Origin: an uncultured Eubacteriales bacterium
GTDB taxonomy: Bacteria; Bacillota; Clostridia; Oscillospirales; Acutalibacteraceae
NCBI GenBank assembly: GCA_900317395.1
Contig: ONGS01000061.1
Coordinates: forward strand, 1-52,413
DNA length: 52,413 nucleotides
Direction: 5' to 3'
A model generated the notes under the pieces. That model was not told where the DNA came from. It did not search any database and saw only the letters and a program-made list of their open reading frames with translations. Of the stretch, positions 38,011 to 47,690 are shown in pieces; positions within the stretch are counted from its first letter, which is position 1, and every line of letters starts with the position of its first letter. The translations under genes and the position numbers were made by a program.

Positions 38011-39798
38011 GTGAGTAACAAGAAAGAAAAAGAGAAAAAGCCGTCAGATTTTTCCCGTCTGATGGGATATGCAGGCAAGAGAAAAGCTCTTACCTATATG
38101 TCGCTTGTACTGTCTGCATTAAGCTCGGTGCTGTCGGTTGCACCGTTGATCTTCATATTTGAGATCGTCAAAGAGGTGATACAGGTCTATCCCGATTTTA
38201 CAAAGGCGGAGCATATCGTGCAGAATGGCTGGCTTGCCGTGATATTTGAATTGGTCTCAATGCTTGTATATGTGGGTTCGCTTATGTGTTCTCATGTAGC
38301 GGCTTTCAGAGTAGCAAGCAATATCAGGCTTGATCTGCTTTCACATATAACAAAACTTCCGGTAGGAGCGATAGAAAGTTTTGGTTCCGGTAAAATCAGA
38401 AAGATCGTTAATGATTCTTCAGCAGCAACGGAAACATATCTTGCACATATGCTTCCCGATATTATCAACGGTTATGTTATTCCAATAGTAATGGTAGTGA
38501 TTTTGTTTGTTTATGACTGGCGTTTCGGACTGGTCAGCCTTCTGCCGATCGTACTGAGTTTTGCGGCAATGGCGAAAATGATCGGACCGCAGATGGTCGA
38601 GGATATGAAAAAATATCAAAACTCACTTGAAGATATGAATAATGAGGCAGTTGAGTATGTGCGGGGAATTCCCGTTGTCAAAACCTTCGGGCAAACAGTA
38701 CACAGTTTTTCCCGTTTTAAGACATCCATTGTCAATTACCGTGATTTCTGCATCTCTTACACAAAGAGTATGAGATCGCCTATGGTGCTTTTTACGATGT
38801 TTATTAATAGTACTTTTGGTTTTATTGCCGCTTTGGCATTGATTCTTGCGCAGGGAACGAATATACCGCAGGATATCATTCTGAACTTTATTTTCTATGT
38901 GATCATAACACCGATTATCACTACTTCATTCCAGAAAATCATGTTCTCCAGCGAAAGTCAGATGAGGCTTTCAGATGCATTCAAGCGTTTTGATTCCATA
39001 CTTGAATTAAAACCGATCAACACAAACGGTAAATCAAAACCCGAGAAAAACAGTGTTGTTCTCAAAAATGTTTCATACAGATATGACGGAGCAGAAAATG
39101 ATGCTGTAAAGAATATTAGTTTGAATGTTCAGCCGAATCAGAGAGTTGCATTTGTAGGACCTTCAGGCGGCGGAAAAACGACGATTGCAGAGCTTATTTC
39201 ACGCTTTTTCGATGTGACTGACGGGGAAGTATTGATAGGAGGAGCAAATGTAAAGGAAATGAATAAGAACGAGTTAATGGATACCGTGTCTTATGTATTT
39301 CAGGACAGCAAACTTCTCAAAGCGACTATTGTTGATAATGTGCGTCTTGCAAGACCGCAGGCAAGCGATGATGAGGTAAAAGCGGCACTCAGTGCGGCTC
39401 AGTGTGATGATATTATTGCAAAACTTCCCAACGGCATTAATACAGTTATAGGAGCAAAAGGAGTATATCTTTCCGGTGGAGAAATGCAGAGAATTGCAAT
39501 CGCAAGAGCAATACTGAAGGATTCTCCGATCATTGTACTTGACGAGGCGACCGCCTTTGCCGACCCTGAAAATGAAGCGCTGGTTCAGAAAGCATTTGAA
39601 AAACTGTTGAAGAATAAAACAGTGATCATGATCGCACACAGACTTTCTACTGTACAAAATGCCGATGTGATATTTGTGATAGATGGCGGTAAAATTGTAC
39701 AGCAGGGTACACACAAGGAGCTTTCTGAAAAAGACGGCTTATATAAAAATATGTGGCTTGATTATCAGAAGTCAGTAAAATGGAAGGTAGGTGCCTGA
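38011..39798 (+). CDS. ABC exporter, fused permease/ATPase (heterodimer subunit 1)
   Basis: 6-TM domain, Walker A GPSGGGKTT, signature LSGGEMQR, Walker B IIVLDEAT. GTG start. Confidence 0.9.
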   Translation: MSNKKEKEKKPSDFSRLMGYAGKRKALTYMSLVLSALSSVLSVAPLIFIFEIVKEVIQVYPDFTKAEHIVQNGWLAVIFELVSMLVYVGSLMCSHVAAFRVASNIRLDLLSHITKLPVGAIESFGSGKIRKIVNDSSAATETYLAHMLPDIINGYVIPIVMVVILFVYDWRFGLVSLLPIVLSFAAMAKMIGPQMVEDMKKYQNSLEDMNNEAVEYVRGIPVVKTFGQTVHSFSRFKTSIVNYRDFCISYTKSMRSPMVLFTMFINSTFGFIAALALILAQGTNIPQDIILNFIFYVIITPIITTSFQKIMFSSESQMRLSDAFKRFDSILELKPINTNGKSKPEKNSVVLKNVSYRYDGAENDAVKNISLNVQPNQRVAFVGPSGGGKTTIAELISRFFDVTDGEVLIGGANVKEMNKNELMDTVSYVFQDSKLLKATIVDNVRLARPQASDDEVKAALSAAQCDDIIAKLPNGINTVIGAKGVYLSGGEMQRIAIARAILKDSPIIVLDEATAFADPENEALVQKAFEKLLKNKTVIMIAHRLSTVQNADVIFVIDGGKIVQQGTHKELSEKDGLYKNMWLDYQKSVKWKVGA

Positions 39799-39800
39799 TA

Positions 39801-41534
39801 ATGGTAAAAACAATGATGAAAAAATATGCGCTGACCGAACAGGGGGCAAAGGATCTTTTGAAAGCAATCGTCAGCGTGACACTTTTTAATATTGTTCTTA
39901 TGATGCCGGTAGGAGTACTTTATTTTATGGTTGCCGATATGCTCGGCGGAAATATTCCGGAAAATCATATTCCTCTTTTTATAGGTGGGATCATAGGAAT
40001 ATTGATTCTTGTAGTTGTGACGGAGTTTATTCAGTATAATGCGACATTCTTTGCAACATATAAGGAATCGGGCGCAAAGAGAATCGTTCTTGCAGAAAAG
40101 CTGAGAAAACTTCCATTATCGTATTTCGGCAAAAAAGACCTTACTGATCTTACATCAACGCTTCTTTCCGATACCGAAACAATGGAGCATACCATGTCAC
40201 ACCAGATACCGCAGTTTTACGGTGCAATCATTTCTACGATTTTGATTTGTATACCGCTGTGTTTCTTTAATTGGAAAATGGCTTTAGCGGCACTTTGGGT
40301 GCTGCCGCTATCACTTATCATAGTTGGAACTTCCAAAAATGTGCAACTTCATTTTTCAAGAAAGCATAAAGAGGCAAATCTTCATTTGCAGGACGGCGTT
40401 CAGGAATTTGTTGAAGCAGCGAGGGATCTGAAATCGAACAATGCCGAAGAGAAATATTTTAATAAACTCAAAAAGAATATATTTGCAATCGAGGGTACAG
40501 CGATACGTAATGAGTTAGGTGCGGCAGTGTTTGTTATATCGGCACAGATGCTGTTGAAATTCGGTATTGCAACGACTGCTCTTGTCGGTGCAGCTCTTCT
40601 TGTGAGTGGCGAGATCGATGTTCTTGTATTTTTTATGTTTATGCTGGTAGTATCGAGAATTTACGAGCCGATGAGTACAACGCTGATTTCTCTTGCAGCT
40701 ATTAATTCATTGCAGGTAAATGTTGACCGTATGAATCAGCTTGAATATTATTCCGAGCAGAAGGGCGAAGAAAAGCTGACAAACAATGGCTATGATATTG
40801 AATTCAAAAATGTAGGATTTGAATATAACGCCGAGAAAAGTGTTCTTGACAATGTCAGCTTTACGGCAAAGCAGAATGAAGTGACAGCACTTGTCGGTCC
40901 GTCGGGCGGCGGAAAGACCACGGTTTCCCGTCTTGCGGCACGGTTCTGGGATATCAGTAAGGGAACGATCACAGTCGGCGGTATGGATATCGGCAAGACC
41001 GACCCCGAAAAACTGCTTTCTTTGTATTCAATCGTATTTCAGGATGTAACGCTGTTCAATAATACGATAATGGAAAACATCAGGATCGGAAAAAAGGACG
41101 CAAGTGATGAAGAAGTTATTGCTGCTGCGAAGCTTGCTAATGTGGATGAATTTGCATTGAAGCTCCCTGACGGATATAATACGGATATCGGTGAAAACGG
41201 TTGTAAGTTGTCGGGCGGCGAACGTCAAAGAATCTCAATAGCGAGAGCCTTCCTGAAAAATGCACCGATTATTCTTCTTGATGAAGCAACGGCTTCTTTG
41301 GATGTTGAAAACGAAACACATATCCAGCAGGCATTATCAAGACTGATCAAAAATAAAACCGTCCTTGTAATTGCACACAGAATGAGGACCGTAGCAGGTG
41401 CAGATAAAATCATTGTGCTGAAAGACGGAACGGTAGTGGAGCAGGGCAAACCTGACAGCCTGATCAAGCAAAACGGTATTTTTGCCAATATGGTAAAACT
41501 ACAGCAGCAGAGCGAAAGCTGGAATATTCAATAA
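39801..41534 (+). CDS. ABC exporter, fused permease/ATPase (heterodimer subunit 2)
   Basis: 6-TM domain, Walker A GPSGGGKTT, LSGGERQR, ILLDEAT. ATG 39801 lies 2 nt after the upstream stop. Confidence 0.9.
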   Translation: MVKTMMKKYALTEQGAKDLLKAIVSVTLFNIVLMMPVGVLYFMVADMLGGNIPENHIPLFIGGIIGILILVVVTEFIQYNATFFATYKESGAKRIVLAEKLRKLPLSYFGKKDLTDLTSTLLSDTETMEHTMSHQIPQFYGAIISTILICIPLCFFNWKMALAALWVLPLSLIIVGTSKNVQLHFSRKHKEANLHLQDGVQEFVEAARDLKSNNAEEKYFNKLKKNIFAIEGTAIRNELGAAVFVISAQMLLKFGIATTALVGAALLVSGEIDVLVFFMFMLVVSRIYEPMSTTLISLAAINSLQVNVDRMNQLEYYSEQKGEEKLTNNGYDIEFKNVGFEYNAEKSVLDNVSFTAKQNEVTALVGPSGGGKTTVSRLAARFWDISKGTITVGGMDIGKTDPEKLLSLYSIVFQDVTLFNNTIMENIRIGKKDASDEEVIAAAKLANVDEFALKLPDGYNTDIGENGCKLSGGERQRISIARAFLKNAPIILLDEATASLDVENETHIQQALSRLIKNKTVLVIAHRMRTVAGADKIIVLKDGTVVEQGKPDSLIKQNGIFANMVKLQQQSESWNIQ

Positions 41535-41547
41535 TCCTATATAATAT

Positions 41548-41597
41548 AAGCATAGTCAAAGTACTGACGAAAGTTGGTACAAGACTATGCTTTTTTT
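41548..41597 (+). terminator. Rho-independent terminator
   Basis: AAGCATAGTC...GACTATGCTT stem followed by TTTTTTT. Confidence 0.8.
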
Positions 41598-41608
41598 GTT
41601 ATTATCTA

Positions 41609-41670
41609 TTGCATATTTGAGTTAAATATGATATAATTCCCTTGGTTAGATAAGTCTAACTATGGGAATT
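41609..41670 (+). promoter_or_regulatory. Promoter plus overlapping 16-nt-arm inverted repeat upstream of the ZIP transporter
   Basis: TTGCAT, 17-nt spacer, TATAAT (41632-41637). Then AATTCCCTTGGTTAGA-TAAG-TCTAACTATGGGAATT (41635-41670), with 14 of 16 arm positions complementary. Confidence 0.45.
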
Positions 41671-41845
41671 ATGGTAAACGACAGATGTATTTGCCTTATA
41701 CTGTCATTATGAGTGTAAGCGAAGGATCTTTGAAAGATTCCTACCCCTTTCAGAATGATATGTTCGGATTCATGTTTCTCGAAATTATAATAGGAAATTT
41801 TTAATGGCGTTTACTTTAACCTTTGGAATCAAGGAAGGAAATGAA

Positions 41846-42631
41846 ATGGACTTAATGATATTATTTTCGGGATTGATGATTCCGTTTTTAGGGACATCAG
41901 CCGGAGCGGCAATGGTGTTTCTGATGAAAGGAAAAATCAATCAGAAAATCGAAAAGCTGCTTTTGGGTTTTGCTTCGGGGGTGATGGTAGCGGCATCCGT
42001 ATGGTCGCTTCTGATACCTTCCATAGAAATGTCGAAAGACCTGCAACTTGAATTTATCCCTGCGGCAGCAGGCTTTCTGCTCGGTATTGCATTTTTGCTG
42101 TTACTTGATACGATAATACCGCACCTTCATATAGAAAGTGGCTCAAAAGAGGGAATAGAAGTGAGCAAATTCAGAAAAACAACCATGATGGTATTTGCGG
42201 TAACGCTGCATAATATTCCCGAAGGTATGGCGGTCGGTGTTGCGCTTGCCGCTGCTCTGAAAAACGGAGGAGAGATAACGGTTGCCTCGGCTGCCGCACT
42301 TTCAATAGGTATCGCAATACAGAATTTTCCTGAAGGTGCAATCATATCAATGCCGCTGAAAACAGAGGGTATGTCAAAGCTGAAAGCGTTTGTGCTTGGC
42401 GTTTTATCGGGAGCGGTTGAACCTGTATTCGGACTAATCACGGTTCTTCTGACAGGATTGATTTTGTCTGCTATGCCTTATTTGCTTTCATTTGCAGCAG
42501 GAGCGATGTTCTATGTTGTAGTAGAGGAACTAATCCCCGAATCTCAGGTAGGGAAACATTCCAATATTGCCACAATCGGTTTTGCACTGGGGTTTGTGCT
42601 GATGATGATACTTGATGTTTCGTTCGAGTAA
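41846..42631 (+). CDS. ZIP-family divalent metal transporter (ZupT-like)
   Basis: HNIPEGMAVG and QNFPEGA motifs, about 8 TM. Start at ATG 41846 with an AAGGAAGGA RBS. Confidence 0.85.
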   Translation: MDLMILFSGLMIPFLGTSAGAAMVFLMKGKINQKIEKLLLGFASGVMVAASVWSLLIPSIEMSKDLQLEFIPAAAGFLLGIAFLLLLDTIIPHLHIESGSKEGIEVSKFRKTTMMVFAVTLHNIPEGMAVGVALAAALKNGGEITVASAAALSIGIAIQNFPEGAIISMPLKTEGMSKLKAFVLGVLSGAVEPVFGLITVLLTGLILSAMPYLLSFAAGAMFYVVVEELIPESQVGKHSNIATIGFALGFVLMMILDVSFE

Positions 42632-42778
42632 ATTGACTGCACAGGCACTGAACGGAGAATACTGTGATTGCTGGTATATGTCGGTGATCAAAGTTCTGTT
42701 TTAGAACAGCACAAGGATTCAGAGAAGATTTATCAAAAGCAATAATAATTGATAATTGAAATTTCGAGGGAGCAGAGA

Positions 42779-43684
42779 ATGAGTATATCGGGAAAGTTAG
42801 CTATGACTGCACTGAAATTGTTTTTCAAAAAGCTTCAAATTACAGATGTGGAAAAAGAGCTTGAGAAATGTAAGCAATTTAACGAGAAGCATCGATTTGT
42901 TATGCCGAAGGATAAAAAAGCATATTATGAACTCATCATTACAGCAGTAAATTATCCTTGTCTTGTAATTCGTTCGAGAAAAAGGAAAAGCAGCGGCAAA
43001 GCTGTATTGTTTATTTACGGAGGAATCAATTCTGCTTGGAAAATACATCTCGGTATGGCAAGAAGATATGCAGACAATACGGGAGCCGACATATGGTTTC
43101 CCATTTATCCGTCTGTTTCTGAGGTCAATATAACCAAAAGTATAGATGTTCTTTACGAGGCATACAAGACGATGATGAGTAATTATGATGCCTCAAAAAC
43201 AGTGATTGTCGGAAATTCCTTTGGCGGCACATTTGCTATGGAATTGATCAATTGGAATAACAGAAAAGGAATGCCGTTAAAAATGCCGGCTCTGATCATT
43301 GCACATTCACCGGGCGGCGTACCCGATACTGATGAGGATTGGAAGCTGATGGAAAGTTATGCCGATAAAGATCCGGTGATAGATATATCATTGGTTAAAA
43401 CGGTTGCAGAGCTGACTGCACACGGTGAGGAAGTGCCGAAGCATGCAATCAGCCCTGTTTATGAGGATTTTCATAATGCTCCCCCGACATATATGTATTA
43501 TGCCGAGGAAATATTAGCGGCTAATGCAGAGGCGTATAAAAGAGCCTTTAAAAGAGACGGTGTTGGTGATAGACTTCATATTTCGATTGAAAAGAATATG
43601 ATGCATAGCTATTCGAGTATGCCAATTTTCCCTGAGAGTAAGAAAGCATATTACGAGGGCATCAATTTGATCAATGAAATTTAG
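42779..43684 (+). CDS. Alpha/beta hydrolase (esterase/lipase-like)
   Basis: Nucleophile elbow GNSFGG, upstream oxyanion-like YGGI, downstream D and H candidates. Start at ATG 42779. Confidence 0.7.
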   Translation: MSISGKLAMTALKLFFKKLQITDVEKELEKCKQFNEKHRFVMPKDKKAYYELIITAVNYPCLVIRSRKRKSSGKAVLFIYGGINSAWKIHLGMARRYADNTGADIWFPIYPSVSEVNITKSIDVLYEAYKTMMSNYDASKTVIVGNSFGGTFAMELINWNNRKGMPLKMPALIIAHSPGGVPDTDEDWKLMESYADKDPVIDISLVKTVAELTAHGEEVPKHAISPVYEDFHNAPPTYMYYAEEILAANAEAYKRAFKRDGVGDRLHISIEKNMMHSYSSMPIFPESKKAYYEGINLINEI

Positions 43685-43724
43685 TATCACGATAATTAAA
43701 TTTAAGAAGAAGAGAGGAAAAAGT

Positions 43725-44135
43725 ATGTACGAAACAAAAATCTCTGATGGACGTTGGATAGCGTATGATATTCCCGGCAATATAGGCTGGATTGCTTATA
43801 TTACCGGATTGATCCTTGCCATGATAAACAAAGTGGATCTTATTTCAGTGATTGCAGTTGTACCTGCGATCCTTATGTTGACAGGAGTTATTGAACTAAT
43901 CAGCGAGAGAATTGTAAAGCTCGACAGGATTTTGCCAAAAATCAGATTATACCGAGGCTTCGGAGCACTTACAGCAGGCGGTGTGATTGGCTCGGTCGTT
44001 TCGGTAATCGGTATGGTTGTTGAGATTATCGGCGGCAATGAATGTATTTATCAGATAATCATGCTTGCGGGAGCAGTGCTTTGCTTTATATTCGGAGGGC
44101 TACTGCTGAAGGGTTACAAAAAACAGGAAGGATAA
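43725..44135 (+). CDS. Small membrane protein (hypothetical)
   Basis: About 4 hydrophobic helices. ATG 43725 has a GAGAGGAAA RBS. No family recognised. Confidence 0.55.
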   Translation: MYETKISDGRWIAYDIPGNIGWIAYITGLILAMINKVDLISVIAVVPAILMLTGVIELISERIVKLDRILPKIRLYRGFGALTAGGVIGSVVSVIGMVVEIIGGNECIYQIIMLAGAVLCFIFGGLLLKGYKKQEG

Positions 44136-44181
44136 ATTCAGCGGAGTGAACAAAATGCTCGTTATTGCGGTATATCATTAA

Positions 44182-44203
44182 GAAAACATTTGTATATGTT
44201 TTC
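44182..44203. terminator. AT-rich hairpin between convergent genes (weak)
   Basis: GAAAACAT-N6-ATGTTTTC, with no clean T-run. Confidence 0.3.
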
Positions 44204-44369
44204 CTAGCCTTTATAGGTCAGTGAAGAACAATTCTGCGGTTTTGTAATACCCTTTACACCTTCTATGACGTAATTATAAGGTGATGAAGCGGTAACAACC
44301 TCAATATCGGAAAGTAAACTTGCACCGAAGTGTTTGTGTACATGAAAATGTCAGTGAAATATCCGTTAT

Positions 44370-44834
44370 CTATAATTGATCGTTCAAATGATCGATCAAT
44401 TCTCCCTTGATGTCAATAATTCTTTCAAATTCAATTTTGATAGGTTCGATATTTCTGTTCTCAATATCCTCCGAACCATAAAGAATCAGTGTTGATGCAG
44501 TCGCATCAACTGCTTTGACCTTTCCGGTAACTGTTTTATAACTTCCGCCCGATTTTTTTGCGTCGGGTTGAAAATAGATAACGGACACGGCAGGAATATT
44601 ATCATTTTCAAGAACATCAGTAATGAAACTGAGTTTTAGATTGAGAATTTCAAGCTGATATTCTGACAGCTCTGTTTGACTATCTGTAAGTCTTGCTTCC
44701 TCCTGCACCATGGCATCATAGCCTGTCAGTGCTGCAAACGGTGCAAACTGAGCAGCACGATTGAGCTTTGACATCGGCGGATGTTTTTTTGATTTATGTG
44801 CAGGCAGATCAATGATATCATCATATCGTCCCAT
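44370..44834 (-). CDS. YolD-like protein (accessory factor of Y-family polymerases)
   Basis: HPPMSKLNRAAQFAPFAALTGY matches my recollection of the YolD-like family signature. Its ATG overlaps the polymerase TAA (TAATG). Confidence 0.7.
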   Translation of the reverse strand: MGRYDDIIDLPAHKSKKHPPMSKLNRAAQFAPFAALTGYDAMVQEEARLTDSQTELSEYQLEILNLKLSFITDVLENDNIPAVSVIYFQPDAKKSGGSYKTVTGKVKAVDATASTLILYGSEDIENRNIEPIKIEFERIIDIKGELIDHLNDQL

Positions 44835-46330
44835 TATGCCCTATGACCTCCGATTTGTTTATTACGGTCTATGGTAGTCGCACCTTCCTGTAGGTTCATC
44901 CCTTTTACAACAGAATTTTTACCTAATTTTTTTCGCAGCCTGATAACAGTTTCCTGAAGACTGCGTTCTTTCTTTTCGTCTTGTTCTGTTTTTTCAGTTT
45001 CTTCCAAATTATCAAAAAGACTAAGCTGCACTGGTTCGTTTGTCACATCATCTTCGGGAACGGTGTGATTTGCGACAACATACATTCTCCGTACAAGGAG
45101 TTTTTTATTTACGATCCTGTCAAAAAGTACCAGTGTTTTTTCGATGATATGACGCAGGGAAGAGGTCTGTTTATCAAGATTGATTGAACCATGTGCCTGT
45201 TTCGGTACTTTTCTGCCATATCGGTCGGTTTCAAATTCTCCCGAATATCCGTTGTTTTCAATATCATAACCGACTGTCAGCACGATCTGATCGATCACAA
45301 GTTTTTTATCAACAAGGTCAAGCACCAACAGCTCTGTCATTTCTTTGATAATAAGCCTTGCCTTTTCAAAATCATACGGACACGACAATACCTGACCCTG
45401 ACTGATAGATTTAGACTGCGGTCTGAAATTTTTAATGTCTTCTAACGTACAGGGTTCAACGCCCCAGGCATGATCGATAAGAAGTTCTGCATTGATACCA
45501 AACAGCCGGTACAAAAACTCCTCATTCTCAACAGAACATCTTGCAATATCTCCCATTGTATGTATGCCATATTTTTTTAATTTTACTGCATAGCCTTTGC
45601 CGACACGCCAGAAATCGGTAAGCGGTTCATGCTCCCATAGAGTATGGCGGTACGACATTTCATCAAGCTCTGCAATTCTCACTCCGTCTTTATCGGGGGG
45701 CATATGCTTTGCTGAGATGTCCATTGCGATTTTGGCAAGATACAGATTTGTACCGATTCCTGCCGTAGCCGTAATTCCTGTTGTATATAAAACCTCACGG
45801 ATCATTGTCATTGCCAACTCATGTGCAGTCATATGATAAGTATTCAGGTAGTGTGTCACATCGATAAAAACTTCATCGATTGAATAGACATGAATATCTT
45901 CGGGGGCAATGTACTTTAAATAAATGGAATAGATTTTTGTGCTGTACTCCTCGTATAGCTTCATTCTCGGCGGAGCAATAATATAAGACAGTTCTAAGGA
46001 CGGATCGGTGACAAGTGCAGGAGCATTAAATGATGAAGATATAAAGTGATAATTGTCGTTTTCGTCTTTTAGGATATGTTTTCCTTTGATTGCTGTGCGA
46101 AGTCTTTCGCTATTGACTTCTTTTACTTTTTGGACAACTTCAAACAATCTTGCACGTCCCGGAATACCGTATGCTTTCAGTGACGGAGACACCGCAAGGC
46201 AGATTGTTTTTTCAGTTCGTGAGGAATCCGCAACAACAAGATTTGTTGTCAGCGGGTCGAGGTGCCGTTCCACACACTCAACACTTGCATAGAAACTTTT
46301 TAAATCAATTGCTATATATATGTGTTCCAA
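44834..46330 (-). CDS. Y-family (UmuC/DinB-like) translesion DNA polymerase
   Basis: IAIDLKSFYASVEC, SIDEVFIDVT and GITATAGIGTNLYLAKIA motifs of the ImpB/MucB/SamB family. TTG start, 8 nt after an AAGGAG that overlaps the upstream stop codon. Confidence 0.9.
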   Translation of the reverse strand: MEHIYIAIDLKSFYASVECVERHLDPLTTNLVVADSSRTEKTICLAVSPSLKAYGIPGRARLFEVVQKVKEVNSERLRTAIKGKHILKDENDNYHFISSSFNAPALVTDPSLELSYIIAPPRMKLYEEYSTKIYSIYLKYIAPEDIHVYSIDEVFIDVTHYLNTYHMTAHELAMTMIREVLYTTGITATAGIGTNLYLAKIAMDISAKHMPPDKDGVRIAELDEMSYRHTLWEHEPLTDFWRVGKGYAVKLKKYGIHTMGDIARCSVENEEFLYRLFGINAELLIDHAWGVEPCTLEDIKNFRPQSKSISQGQVLSCPYDFEKARLIIKEMTELLVLDLVDKKLVIDQIVLTVGYDIENNGYSGEFETDRYGRKVPKQAHGSINLDKQTSSLRHIIEKTLVLFDRIVNKKLLVRRMYVVANHTVPEDDVTNEPVQLSLFDNLEETEKTEQDEKKERSLQETVIRLRKKLGKNSVVKGMNLQEGATTIDRNKQIGGHRA

Positions 46331-46342
46331 AATAAAATCTCC

Positions 46343-46627
46343 TTAGTCAGCAACAGGACATTCTACGAACCACCGACCGATACGGGCGGCGAACAGTTCG
46401 CTTGTCTTTTCAAAAAACAAGAATTTTTCCTCTCCGTGGATCACAACGGTATAACAATCACCGCTTCTGCCTCTTTCCAGCGTTGAAGCAGGGCGAAAGT
46501 CCTTAACGGCATCAATTTTGAAAATGCGTCCGTCGGACCAGATGATGGAACGTGGCTGCATATATCCGGTGGAGTCAAAATCGGTATTCACTTTTACATA
46601 AACTTTTTCTGAGGTTCGTTTCATCAT
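46343..46627 (-). CDS. Uncharacterised 94-aa protein embedded in the polymerase operon
   Basis: Strong AAGGAGGA RBS. Sits 35 nt after the repressor stop and 12 nt before the polymerase start. Predicted to be mostly beta (VYVKV, IIWSDGRIFKI, CYTVVIHG, FLFFEK). No family recognised. Confidence 0.7.
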   Translation of the reverse strand: MMKRTSEKVYVKVNTDFDSTGYMQPRSIIWSDGRIFKIDAVKDFRPASTLERGRSGDCYTVVIHGEEKFLFFEKTSELFAARIGRWFVECPVAD

Positions 46628-46662
46628 CGTTTTCCTCCTTGCATGATTTTTGAGTAGTAATT

Positions 46663-47523
46663 TTATATTTCCTCACCGTGAATTAGCTTGTATCTGTCAA
46701 TATCCGATTGTTTTGCATAACCTTCGGGATCAAATACACCAATCACTCTACCAATCAGATAAACAGCGTCTTCATTTTCAAAGTGCATTACCGGATAATC
46801 AGGATTCAAGGAATGCAGTCCGTCCTTTTCATATTGCTTGATGTAGGTTTCGTTTCCGATAATGAATGCTCCGATTTCTCCGAATTTCAGGTCGAAACTT
46901 CCGATAATTCGCTGTACAAGAACATCCTGACCGTTATGGAATCGAGGCTCCATACTGTTGCCGTTTATTTTGAAGATACTATCTGCATGAGCAACTTCGG
47001 GAGTGGCGTAGACATAAACAGGTTCAGCCTCGTCTTCAAATTCTGTCGGATCACCGATACCAGCAGCAAGGCTTCTGTTGAAATACAGCAAAACACGCAG
47101 GTCGGGACAGTTTTCTGCCTGTTCCACTTTCAGCAGTGTTTCTATCATTTTATCTATGGTATGCCGATGTCCTGCCGATAACTGTTCGTAGCTGTGAATG
47201 AGCTTTTGCTGACGAGGTGTGTTAATTTCGGTAGGGTTCTTCATATCAAACAGGTCATAGAAAGTAATATGCAGTGCTTTGCAAATGCCCGGCAGCAAGT
47301 TAATATCGGGGCGTGAGCGGCCATTTTCCCAGTTACTGACTGTTGTAGTAAGCACACCGACAGCATTTGCCAATGTTTTCTGTTCCATACCTGATTTTTC
47401 ACGATAATATCGTATACGGCTGCAAATCACAGATAAAGATTCCTTACTTACAGATTTTCCTGTTTTGATATCAATAATATTTTCGTTGTTTTCGTTCGAC
47501 AGTTCAATTTTACGTCTTGCCAT
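46663..47523 (-). CDS. LexA/HdiR-like repressor: XRE HTH fused to an S24 autopeptidase domain
   Basis: HTH EQKTLANAVGVLTTTVSNWENGRSRP. C-terminal GNSMEPRF (Ser) and TYIKQYE (Lys) match S24. Start placed at ATG 47523 with a GAGGTG RBS; the track ORF extends to 47619. Confidence 0.85.
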   Translation of the reverse strand: MARRKIELSNENNENIIDIKTGKSVSKESLSVICSRIRYYREKSGMEQKTLANAVGVLTTTVSNWENGRSRPDINLLPGICKALHITFYDLFDMKNPTEINTPRQQKLIHSYEQLSAGHRHTIDKMIETLLKVEQAENCPDLRVLLYFNRSLAAGIGDPTEFEDEAEPVYVYATPEVAHADSIFKINGNSMEPRFHNGQDVLVQRIIGSFDLKFGEIGAFIIGNETYIKQYEKDGLHSLNPDYPVMHFENEDAVYLIGRVIGVFDPEGYAKQSDIDRYKLIHGEEI

Positions 47524-47557
47524 CAGATGCACCTCACGATATGTATTCATTATATTT

Positions 47558-47586
47558 ATTATAATACATAAAAATGCAAATGTAAA
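47558..47586 (-). promoter_or_regulatory. Promoter of the S24-repressor/polymerase operon
   Basis: Read on the minus strand: TTTACA (47581-47586), 17-nt spacer, TATAAT (47558-47563). Confidence 0.55.
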
Positions 47587-47690
47587 GCGAAATATATGTA
47601 AAATAATGGATTGATGCAATATATTAATCCATCAGTATCTATGCAACAGTTCGGTGATAAATATATTGTAGGATCGATAAAATAAAATTA

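Noticed and set aside
44136-44369. A ~46-codon open frame on the minus strand (…SDIEVVTASSPYNYVIEGVKGITKPQNCSSLTYKG*) in the gap between the membrane gene and the YolD-like gene.
   Set aside because: It has no start codon or RBS and I recognise no family. It may be a gene remnant, but I cannot support it.
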